A stretch of DNA of 64,000 bases from Carcharhinus amblyrhynchos (lineage: Eukaryota). The notes under the pieces were generated by a model, which was given only the letters and a program-made list of their open reading frames with translations, was not told the DNA's origin and made no database searches. The stretch is from the NCBI GenBank assembly GCA_965287045.1, contig OZ336878.1:100254001-100318000 (forward strand), given 5' to 3'. Each line of letters opens with the position of its first letter. The first letter of the stretch is position 1. Below, piece after piece: positions 1-10,010 of this stretch. The position numbers were made by a program, and so were the translations under genes.

Positions 1-82
1 TTACTGCCACCCAGAGAGGAATCTCAACTTCAGAATTCAATTCCTGACTGCCGGCAGCAGAGTGAGGTGCAATGAAGTGAAG

Positions 83-395
83 GGGTGGCAGGGTAGCACA
101 GTGGTTAGCACTGCTGCCTCACAGCACCAGAGATCCGGGTTCGATTTCTGGCTTGATCTACCATATGTGTAGAGTTTGTACTTTCCCCTCGGGTCTGTAT
201 GGGTTTCTCCCGGGTGCTCCGGTTTCCTCCCACAGTCCAAAGATGTGCGGGATAAGTTGATTGGTCGTGTAAAATGGCTACTCAGTGTCAGAGGCAATAG
301 CAGGATAAATATGTGGAACTATGGGCTTAGGAGCCTGGTGGGATTTTGCAGACTCGATGGGCCGAATGGCCCCCTTCTGCACTGTAGGTATCCCT
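83..395 (+). mobile_element. HE1-like tRNA-derived SINE (duplicate at 31983-32297)
   Basis: Pol III A/B boxes (AGCACAGTGG, GGTTCGATT), core CCCGGGTGCTCCGGTTTCCTCCCACAGTCCAAAGATGTG, CR1-like tail GATGGGCCGAATGGCC. Confidence 0.85.
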
Positions 396-499
396 ACTAT
401 GGTCCTCCAAGGTGCTTTTGATAAAGATGAGGGTGTGCATGTGTTGGGGGTGGCGGGGTTTGGGGAAGGGGAGTACGGAGCGGATGGTTAGAACTAGGA

Positions 500-810
500 T
501 CATAGTCTCACAACAACAGGTATGCCAATTGTCAATGGAGTGAGGAAGAGAGTCTTCAGAAAGAAGGTGGTGACTTTTTTGTGCTCACAACCTCCAACGA
601 GGCTGTGAAGGCTCAGTGGCTGAGTATGTTCAAAGCAGAGGCCCATAGATTACTAGGCCGAAATGACATCAAGCAATCTGAGTGTCATGCAGTAAGATGG
701 AAGATCAGCCATTATCTAGTTTATTGGTGGACCAGGTTTGATGGGCCAATTGGCAGATCAGGCATGATGGGCTCATTGGCCTTTCCCTGCTCAAATCTTC
801 CCATTTATGT
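500..810 (+). mobile_element. CR1-type LINE 3' end, degenerate (duplicate ~32400-32710)
   Basis: GGCTGTGAAGGCTCAGT...TTCAAAGCAGAG...ATAGAT and a GATGGGC tail typical of CR1 3' ends. Confidence 0.55.
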
Positions 811-2889
811 GACTTAGAGGTGGAACTTGAGATCTTTACATGTTCAACACTGTTTCAAAATCAGTGAGCTTCGAATTTTCATCAATTAATAAATGTAATC
901 AAAGTTGCTCTATTTTTAAGATTTACCAAATAAGTTTCCCACAACAGTGATCGAACTCCGATGTTGTCATCTGTTTGTAACTTCATGGTCTCAGTGGAAA
1001 TCCCACATTATATCGGTTTAATGTCCTGAACTGCATCAACTCAGAATTTAATTCCCAGAGATTGACAAACAGTGTGAAGGGACAGAGACAGGGAAGCTTC
1101 GAAACCCTTGCTCCAGTTTTCATCTGATTTGATTTATTTATGTCAAATATATTGAGATATAAAGTGTTGTTTCTTGCACGGTATACAGACAAAGTATACC
1201 ATTCATTGGGTGCATAGTGGAGGGAAAGGAAATATAGTCTTTTCGTAACAGTACAGTGTAGAGAAAGATTAGCTTAACATGTGGTGGGTCCATTCAAAAG
1301 TCTGATTATGGGGGTTGGTGATGCTTAATTGACCTTAGTGTCCAAAGATGTGCAGATTAGATAGATTAGACATTCTTAATGGGGTTAAGGGAGAAGGGCA
1401 GAGGATGAGGACTAGAAGATATTCCATCAGAGAGTCTGTACAGACCCGATGGGTCGATTTGACTTCCGCTGCGCTGGAGGGATTCTGTGGTTCTAATAAG
1501 TACAGCTGCTGCAAACGTTGTGTGCTAATCATTATAGTGCTGATTATATTTTGCAACAATGTACTGTGGTTACAAGTGTTGTATTTTGTTTTCTGTACTT
1601 TGAATGTGGCAGTGGGTTCCATTCCTATGATGGATTAATTTGACACACCAGTAATTGTCTCTTTAAGACATGCAACCGACATCAATCTCCACCCTTTGAG
1701 ACATTTTCTCTCAAGACAAGTGTACATATAGGCTGTCAGAATACAGATGTCAGTCTGAGGACAATAAGCATTACCAATATTACACTGTTAATAATTAGAT
1801 GAATGGTAGTGCACGTCTTCATAAATAAGACATTGTAATATCTGCAAAATTATGAAAGAACTATTGACTTCTAAAATAAAAATTCAGCTACTAGAACAAC
1901 ATTGCATTTACAGCACTGAAACTGTCAAATTGCTTTCTGTCAATATTTATGCTCCACAAGATGGGCTGAATGGCTCCGAATCCCTCCTAATCTAACCTGA
2001 TGAGTAGTTTATAGAATATCTTCAATGCAGAGGCCCAGCTTCACATGATTAATCTCATTTGCTTCCTGACTTATCTATCCCCATTTCAGGGGAATGGCTG
2101 TTCACCAATCTTTACTACATACTGACGTCCCCAACTCTCTTGATTAGGTTTGCTCCCACCCAACAAGGGCGTATTTCCACCCTATAAACCTCTCTGACTC
2201 GATGACTCTAATTGACATATTTGAAACAGCCTCATTGCCTCTCCTGCCTGTCAGGTTAGCTGAGAGGAACTTTCTGCTTCATTTTCAGCTCTGACATTGG
2301 TGACTTGGCTCCCTTCCAATAATCAGAGAGCGAGTGCACAAGTCAGTTACCTACGATCTCTGCAGGGATGATTGCTGCTGTTTTCCCTTCCTTCTCTGCC
2401 AAACACTTTGGCGCACTCAAACCTAGTCTGCACTGAATAGCTTTGCAGCTGAATATCCCCGTGTCTTGTGTATGCTTATAAAGTAGAGAACCCACAACAG
2501 GAGGCCGTAACTTGCAGGATGTGATTTGTACTGAGAAGATAATCAGCTTCTATAATCTCCACAAGAGAGTACAGTTCGGAAATATATTGCTTTGTGTGTT
2601 TGGTATGACTCTTTCTGGAAAAATAATGTGGTATTCCAAATTCTTTCGCGACTGTGGGACATAAATTTCCCAGACAGCTCCTGAAACAAAATTCGAAGAA
2701 TTTCCATCTTCGCTCATCTTTGACACAGATGTCATTGTTGAAAAACACAAGTCTTAATTAAAAGTTTGATCTGTTTGTTTGTTACTTAAGGTTTTGATCT
2801 GTATCCTGACCATCTGTGTCATGAGAGAGCCATTCATTGACCGTCTCCAACAAGAGAAAACCCAGCCATCTTCTCTTGACTTCCACTGA

Positions 2890-3545
2890 CATTACCGCAG
2901 CCTAACAGTCAGCACCAACACCTTGCAGTGAATGTGGGAGATGCAGCAGTTCACATTGACCAGAAACTAGCTGGACAAGTTAAATAAGTGCTGCAGTGAC
3001 AAGCTGCAGTCAGAGGACGGGTACCATGCAATGAGTAACTCCCCATCACACAGCCTACCTACGATTTACAAGGAGAACGCCAGGAATGTGATGGGATTCT
3101 CAACACTCGCCTGATTGAAAGATACTGAACCAACACGCCAGAAGCTGCAAACCATCCAGGGCGGCATACCGTTCGCCTACCTTACATATTCACTCCCTCC
3201 ATCACCAGTGCACTGTGGCTGTATTGTGTACCATACACAAGATGTAATGCAGCTACACTTCAAACCTCCTTTGATGACACTTTCCAAATTTATGACATCT
3301 ACCACCTGGAAGGACAAAACTGTCGGTGCAGGAAACGGCACCACCTGCAGGTTCCACTCCAAGTCATACAACTTTGTGATTTGGGAACATATCACTGTGC
3401 CTTCATGGCAATTGTGTCAAAATCATGGCACTCTCCCTCCCAAACAGTAGTGTGGGGGGACATCGAAACCCGATGCAGCATTTCAAGAAAACCAACGTCT
3501 CCCCCATTACATGAAACAATTAAAAGACGCAATAATTTGGGTCAC
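2890..3545 (+). mobile_element. Degenerate LINE 3' region (CR1/L2 group; duplicate ~34790-35450)
   Basis: Related to 13600-14400 and 31290-31690; TACAAGG...CAGGAATGTGATGG, CACCACCTGCAGGTTCCACTCCAAGTCA. Confidence 0.55.
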
Positions 3546-3554
3546 AATGTTAAT

Positions 3555-4043
3555 TTGAGGTTGGAATTACTCTGAGGGACTGCATTTAGTTAATGGACTG
3601 TATCAGTTTGAGGACAGTATCAATTTGAGTGTCTGTATTAGTTCGAGAGGATGCGGTTGTTTGAGGGGCTGTATTAGTTTGAGAGAATTTAAGAGTTGAG
3701 AGAACGTACCAGTTTGAGAGAATACCTTAGTTTGAGGGACTGTTTCAGTTTGTGAGATTGCATCTGCTTGTGGGACTGCAACAGTTGTGGGATTGTAACA
3801 GTTTGAGAGAATATATTAAGTTAAGAGAATGCATTCATTTGAGGGACTGTATTAGTTTGAGTGATTATAACAGTTGATGGATTGTACCAGTTTGAGAAGT
3901 TGTATCGTTGGATGGAATGGTACTAGTTTGGGGACTGCATTAGTTTAATGGACAGCACCAGTTAGGGTTTGTACCAATTTGAGAGAATCTGTTCATCTTG
4001 AGGAGCTGTATCAATTTGAGGGACTGTATCAATTTGACGAATT
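3555..4043 (+). repeat. Degenerate ~18-bp tandem array upstream of gene A
   Basis: Roughly 25 diverged units; consensus approximately TTTGAGGGACTGTATCAG. Confidence 0.85.
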
Positions 4044-4104
4044 GTTTTCTTTTCAGAGAAAGTCCTCATCTGATTTATTGAGTGGACTGGTACGTGTTAA
4101 AGAA

Positions 4105-4258
4105 TGATATGGAGATGCCGGCGTTGGACTGGGGTAAATACAGTAAGAAGTCTCACAACACCAGGTTAAAGTCCAACCAGTTTATTTGAGAGTAAAAATG
4201 ATCCTTTTCACTATCAAATAAACTTGTTGGATTTTAACCTGGTGTTGTGAGACTTCCT
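4105..4258. mobile_element. Short Penelope-like insertion forming a hairpin, with ~13-14 bp TSD (duplicate 36025-36177)
   Basis: Arms 4143-4198 and 4205-4260. TSD (T)ACGTGTTAAAGAA 4092-4104 / ACATGTTAAAGAA 4259-4271. Same terminal sequence as the GIY-YIG-bearing element at 28481-29019. Confidence 0.75.
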
Positions 4259-4547
4259 ACATGTTAAAGAAGGCAGCCACATCTCAGATGCAGCCGCACA
4301 GTCCTGAGAAGACAGTTCATATTTGAAATGGTAATTGCTGAATAGACACAGCTGAGAAAATCGTCATTGTAATATTGTGAGATCTGGGGAAGGACATGAT
4401 GCTGTGAGACTTATCAACACGATTGCTCAGAGAATAGAACTTCCAATTATTATTTGGTGAATTTGTGTGAATAAAACTGATCAGTCTTTTGTTTATCCCA
4501 ATGTAATCTCAGATCTAAACATGGTCTTTCACAACAGGCAGTGAACT

Positions 4548-4645
4548 CAGCTGTTGCAAAATGCTGACTTGTTTTGTTTTCAGAAACACATTTGAAAGAT
4601 GTTGTAACTTCAACGTCCCCATGGAGATGTCACAGTGTATAAAAA
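4548..4645 (+). promoter_or_regulatory. Putative core promoter of gene A
   Basis: CAGCTG 4548-4553, ATGTTGTAAC, TCCCCATGGA 4616-4625, TATAAAA 4638-4644 (87 nt before ATG). Conserved in the paralogues. Confidence 0.65.
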
Positions 4646-4724
4646 CAGTGAATATATCACACACGTGTTGAATTCAGAGAGATTGCCTGTACCACCAAGG
4701 ACAGATCACACCCTACAGAAAAAT

Positions 4725-7700
4725 ATGGAACCATTTCAAAGGATTCTAAAAATATACTACACAATTCTTGCTATCATTGGTGTACCTGGTAAGTGACTAA
4801 GAACGCTGAAGTTGTGTGAGTTGTTTTCTGTTTTACTCTGTGATTGGTAATGTTATACACTGATCTACTGGTGACTGTTATAATAAACTCGATCAATGAG
4901 ATCATTTGATTCAGTGTGTAGCTGAATCAGACATCAGTATATGCAACTCTGAGAGGAGAGATCTTCCTGGATGGAAATGTTACAGTACAGTTATAATACA
5001 TGTGGGTCACCACCCAGAACAATTTGTTTCTTTTGTTATGTCCAGGTTTGTGCTGATGAGTCTCTCCACCTCACAGATCTGTTTCTGTGTTTCTGAATGT
5101 CACCAGTGACTAAGCCAAATATTTTTTTTTGTTGTTGGCTCAAAGTGTTGTGAATAAATGTATCCAATGAAATACATTGATACTGTTCAGTCTCCACTGG
5201 AACTGCTACAGAAATGTTAAAAACAAATAGTTAAACATGGGAACCACCCAGTTACAGCATTCAAACCCTGTGGACAATAACGTCCTCCCACACACAGCAT
5301 AACTGCTGAAAACACTGTTTTTGTTTCATTGCTGTTTCCCTCAACACAGCTTTGAGAATCTGTGGATGATAGATGTTTTTTATTATTATTGGCATTCACA
5401 GGGGGTGAATTTTGGGCTATGTCAATTAAATTCCCAAATGTTCAATGTTTAACAGACCAGTAATAATCCAGATCGTGAGTTTCAACACACATAGCTTACA
5501 CTGATCTCCACTTTTAGCTCAGTGACGTATATCCCCTCGAGAAAAGACAGTTATGACTGAAGAACATTGATGTTGCATTTCGGAATGTAGAAATCAGTTT
5601 GGAAACAGTAAATGTGAACATTATTGCATTGCTAGTAATGAAATAAATAGTGTACATCTCAATTAAAACGTCACTTCTCCAAAGTTATCAAAGTATTGCT
5701 AAACGTGATTAATTAATTAATTAAAAGGGTAATATCGAACATGTAGCTCAGGTACAAACCATATGGCCTTCGATGTACAACACAGAAACTTTCTCCCATC
5801 ACTCTCCATGTGACTGTTTAGCACAGCTTTCTGTATTCTGTACCACTGTCTGTTTTTACCCCTGAAATTCCCTTTAAGTTAATTCACCCTATTCACATTA
5901 ACGTCTCCAAGTTGTCGTGAAATCCACATTCTGACCATTCTTTGAGAAGATCTGTTGCCCAAGTACAGTTTTGGATTTATTAATGACTATGGTATTTTAA
6001 TGATATTTTATCTCAGACCACCCATCAATTGTAGATGTCTTCTCTGTGGCCACTTTATCAAACACATTCCTCATTTTCCAGCACCTGTCGATCTGAGATC
6101 AGCATTAACTTTTCTAAAGAAAGACCTCGACCTGTTCCTTCTTTCTGGGCAGTTAAAATCTCTCAATTCTGATATTACCCATCTCAAAGATTTTGTACCT
6201 TCTGCTGTGCATTCAGACCCTTGTTGTACTCTGGCAACCAGACTGTGCACAATGTGTTCATTATCAAGAACCAATGTTTTATATAGGTTTACGGTAACCT
6301 TTTTTATTTTCAATTCTTTCCCACTCAAAATGAAACTCGGTGATTTCTTTGATGTTTTATAATGTGTGTGGTGAATTTAGATGATTTGTGCATCTGGAGG
6401 CCTTTCTTCTTTATCTTGACCTTTTATTTTACATCACATATGTAGGAACATGACTTGACCAGTTAAGAGCAAACTCTAGACATTTATTAATGAACAACAA
6501 CTATTTACAGCCTGATGCACATTTATGCTTCCAGACATGACTTTAGGCTCTAACTGCTAGAACAAGCCGAGACAAGTTGGAGTGAAGCCCCAACTCGTTT
6601 CCCGATTGTTCAGCCCTGGTCATGTGACCCTTTCAGAATATTGCCCCTGAAAGGGGTCAGACACCAGCCCTCCCCCTCCCAATTCCTTTATGGACAGCAA
6701 AATAGTTCATTTAGATTGTCCCCATAATTTACAATTACAATTACAATTGGGGCGGCACGTTGGCACAGTGGTGAGCACTGCTGCCTCACAGCTCCAGGGA
6801 CTTGGGTTCGATTCCCGACTTGGGTCACCGTCTCTGTGGAGTTTGCACATTCTCCCCATGTTGGCATGGGTTTCTTCCGGGTGCTCTGGTTTCCTTCCAC
6901 AGTTCAAAGATGTGTAGCATAGGTGGATTGGCCATGTTAAATTGCTCCTTAGTATCAGGGGGACTAGCTGCGGTAAATGCATGGGGTTCTGGGGATGGGG
7001 CCTGGGTGAGATTGTGGCCAGTGCAGACTCGATGGGCCAAATGGCCTCCTTCTGCCCTGTAGGGATTCTATGATTCTATGGAGCTCCTGACTGTTTTGAT
7101 TACATCATTCCTTGTCTCCTTGTTAATAATTACAGTTTCCCAGAATTGCCTATTCTTTTTCCAATCATTATTTGCCAGTTTGATTCTGCCCATTATAAAT
7201 TACTTTCTTTCTCCCTCTCTCTCTGTGCATTGATTTATTTTTACCTGCAGAGTATTTGATTGCAGGAGTAAATACGCCTTTCCACACTTGCATAGCACAT
7301 TGTTGATGCTGAACCAGGATCATTTTGTGCAGTTTCACTTCCTTTACCAAAGGATCAATACATTCTCTGGACAAGGAATTTATTTTTTCATTCATCCATG
7401 GTATGTAGTTGTCTCTGCTTGGGCCAGCATTTATTGCCCATCCCATATTGCCAGTACATGGCATGCTATTTCAGACGGCAGGTAAAAGTCAAGATTCAAC
7501 TTGGCTCTGGGCTCACATGCAGATTCCTGACACGGTATGAGTGAATCTGTGTTATTGTGGGTCAATCCACAACACGTGGACTGTAGTGTTTCAAGAAGAA
7601 AGCTCACCAACACATTTTCAAGGCAAACTTGGGACATGCATTAAATGCTGGTCAGCCATATGCCATCAATGAATTAAAAAAAATCAGATTTCATGGGAAT

Positions 7701-8823
7701 CGACAATGCTTTCATGAATGCCAGGAATGGGATTTTACTGTCCCGTCCGCCATGGGAATTGGGATTGGTGATGAATAGACAGTGGAAAGGCCTGTTGATC
7801 TAGCGTGGGATTTTATGGTTTTAAGACAAGTGAGGCTGGAAAATCCCACCCCAGATATTTGTTGACAAAGAATCTCTGAAACGTAATTTCCATTCTTTGT
7901 TCTCTCTTACAGTTAACTTAGCTGCGATATTAATCCTGTCCCGAGGCAGGTGCGGCCTCTCCGCCTGCACGACTCGTTACCTGGTAGCCATGGCGACAGC
8001 GGATCTACTGTTCATTATCTGTTCAGTCTTACTCTATCGAATAGGTCCTTATTATTTCCCTTTATCATTCCTAGAAATCACTCCTGTGTGTTCTGTTACC
8101 TTTGTCCTGCTTTATGCAACCTCAGAGTGTTCTGTCTGGTTCACCGTCACTTTCTCCTTTGATCGATTTGTGGCCATTTGTTGCCAGAAGCTGAAAACAA
8201 AATATTGCACTGAGAGAACTGCGGCTGTGGTTCTAGCAGCAACCAGCATTCTGCTCTGTTTAAAGAATATTCCCTTCTACTTTAGATTTGAACCTAGAGA
8301 GATAATTGGTAATGTTCCCTGGTTTTGTCAGGAAAAGCCAAGCTATTATATTGATCCAAGATGGGTGGCATTTGACTGGTTTGATAAGATTTTAAGCCCA
8401 TTTCTCCCATATTTTTCAATTCTGTTGCTCAACGCTCTGACAGTCAGATGCATCTTAATGACCAGTCAAGACCGTAAGGGACTTAGGGGTCAGAGCAAGG
8501 GAGAGAATCACAGTGACCCAGAGATGGAAAGCCGAAGGAAGTCTGTGATTTTACTCTTCACCATATCCGGCAGCTTCATACTTCTCTGGCTGTTATATGT
8601 TACATATTTCTTTTATTATACAACTACTGGAATCAATTCTGAATCTTACAGTGATTCTTTATATGTCTTTGCGGAAGTTTCAGTTATGCTGGTAGATTTA
8701 AGTTGTTGCACAAACACATTTATTTATGCAGTAACTCAGAGCAAATTTAGGGAACAGTTAAAGTGTGCAGTGGGACATCCGATTGCAACAGTTATCCAAT
8801 TAATTAATAAAGAAGGCAACTGA
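4725..8823 (+). CDS. Gene A: GPR139/GPR142-like class A GPCR, intact, 324 aa; join(4725..4788,7913..8823)
   Basis: Exon 1 ATGGAACCA...GTACCTG|GTAAGT encodes MEPFQRILKIYYTILAIIGVP. Acceptor TTCTCTCTTACAG|TTAAC; G+TT restores Val in frame with ORF 7897..8823. 64+911=975 nt. Seven hydrophobic segments, AxAD in TM2, ITPVC (C3.25), DRF, PWFC in ECL2, NTFIY in TM7. TM1 resembles GPR139 VYYSLLLCLGLPANI (recalled). Confidence 0.92.
6441..6681 (-). mobile_element. 3' LTR with polypurine tract, in the intron of gene A (also 38332-38571 in C)
   Basis: On minus: GGGAGGGGGAGGG, then TG...CA (6666..6441) containing AATAAA. Confidence 0.6.
6750..7080 (+). mobile_element. HE1-like SINE in the intron of A (duplicate 38641-38968)
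   Basis: Full head, core and GATTCTAT-repeat tail. Confidence 0.9.
7726..7851. mobile_element. MITE-like element just upstream of the exon 2 acceptor (also ~39612-39737; decayed ~59010-59122)
   Basis: Imperfect TIRs GGGATTTTAC ... GAAAATCCC. Confidence 0.45.
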
Positions 8824-9064
8824 GAACAGCCCAGAGGAGGACAAAAGTCTCTACTCCATGAATGTAAAATTGATCCAAATTCCTGCAACTGAAATTGACA
8901 AGATTCTAAAATTACCCCAATAACAATGGACATGAGGGGAAATCATGTGGAGATGCTAGCATTGGACTGGGATAAAGAAGGAACAATTACATTTGCTGTT
9001 TCTTTTCATCTGTGCCTGGAAATTGAGGGATTCTTTAGTTCTTCACGGAAGCAACTGTATCTTT

Positions 9065-9700
9065 TTACTTTCTCTGCGGATTAACCAGCCTCCTAGCTTC
9101 AGGAAAAGAAGCAGCTTTCTCTGCATTTTGGTTTTACATCTCAAAACCTTAACCGTCATTTTTGTAAAGCATTTTCTGTGAAAGTAGAGGTTTCCAGCTT
9201 CTTCAAAACTGCTTCATTACTTCTTCTTGTGAATGCTGGCTTTTCCATGAACTACAATAAACAGAGTCCCTGTGTTAACTGTTTAAGAGATGGTGTATTT
9301 TTCAAAACACATCTGCTTTTGAAATGTTCTTAGACTTTGAAGATTATCTATTTTATTTGAAGAGAGGAGTAAGGTTCGAACCTGACTTTGTCACTGCATT
9401 GACCCGTCAGTAGCCCATGCATAATCTGGCTGAACCATTTGCAAAAGCTTTAACGTGACTGGGGGACACCACCTCCTTTGGTTGGATTCAATGAGGTAAT
9501 TTTCCAACATGTACTGGAGGTCTGCTTTCACCAGTCTGTTCCTCTGGATTCAAAGGGCCTAGTCTGCAGGGAATGGTTGGAAGGCGGAGTTGTGCGTAAC
9601 TTGCAGCAGAAAACTGGAAGTCGGCCATGGGGAATTCTTGAAAGGTTTGTCGTTTGCTTTTATAGTGCAGGTCGCAGTGGACGGTGGTTCAGTGTTTTAT
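9065..9700 (-). mobile_element. Ty3/Gypsy relic containing the RT N-terminus (paralogue 43120-43760; partial 62100-62335)
   Basis: ORF 43397..43708 reads KAELQYMVENHLIESSQRSWSSPVMLNLKADGSIRSLMGYRRVNAVTK, the typical Gypsy RT start. Confidence 0.8.
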
Positions 9701-9729
9701 TTCTACCTGTATATAATTTGGACAGTTCC

Positions 9730-10010
9730 TAAACACGAGACACTACACTTGCAGTGTCCCCCACCCTTCCACCTCCTCTAACCTAAAGGGGATGAGAGAA
9801 TATCAGGGGAGCTCTTTCTTTCTTTTTCTTGGTTTATCTGAAAGTTATCTAGAGGGGGTATAGGGAAGGCAGTGCAATGTTCCTCCGGCAGAATGTTGGA
9901 GCTGAGGGACGCTGTCAGTGTCCCTGCTGATTTCACCTGTGGGAAGTGCACCCATCTCCAGCTCCTCAAAATCCACGTTAGGGAACTGGAGCTGGAGCTG
10001 GATGAACTTC
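9730..10010 (+). mobile_element. CR1-type LINE 5' end / ORF1 N-terminus (paralogue 43785-44125)
   Basis: AVQCSS..MLELRDAVSVPADFTCGKCTHLQLL...RELELELDEL, a Cys-finger plus leucine-zipper pattern. Confidence 0.7.

Larger units (their letters stand above)
1..8673 (+). repeat. Segmental duplication, copy 1 (partner 31900-40556)
   Basis: Colinear near-identical sequence at an offset of ~31.9 kb; ORF-track entries are duplicated. Confidence 0.95.

Noticed and set aside
83-150. tRNA genes suggested by A/B boxes
   Set aside because: These are tRNA-derived heads of HE1-like SINEs, followed by SINE core and tail; no full cloverleaf.
37-421. Recurrent short ORFs with CGRKPEHPGETH / WVSSGCSGFLPQSKDV peptides
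   Set aside because: Translations of SINE sequence, not genes.
3555-4043. CRISPR-like array
   Set aside because: Units are contiguous degenerate 18-mers with no unique spacers, there are no cas genes, and the context is vertebrate.
7897-7912. TTG start of the 308-aa ORF (and similar starts at 25258, 39782, 59170)
   Set aside because: These fall in intronic sequence before the AG acceptor; the real start is in exon 1.
7950-8162. Overlapping alternative-frame ORF conserved in A, C and E (MRPLRL..., 70 aa)
   Set aside because: Non-ATG start; conservation is explained by recent paralogy of the GPCR frame.
7913-8823. Assignment as OR, TAAR, ORA/V1R or the true GPR139 orthologue
   Set aside because: Lacks OR motifs (MAYDRY, KAFSTC) and the aminergic D3.32. 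It is too diverged and multi-copy to be given the gpr139 symbol without a phylogeny.
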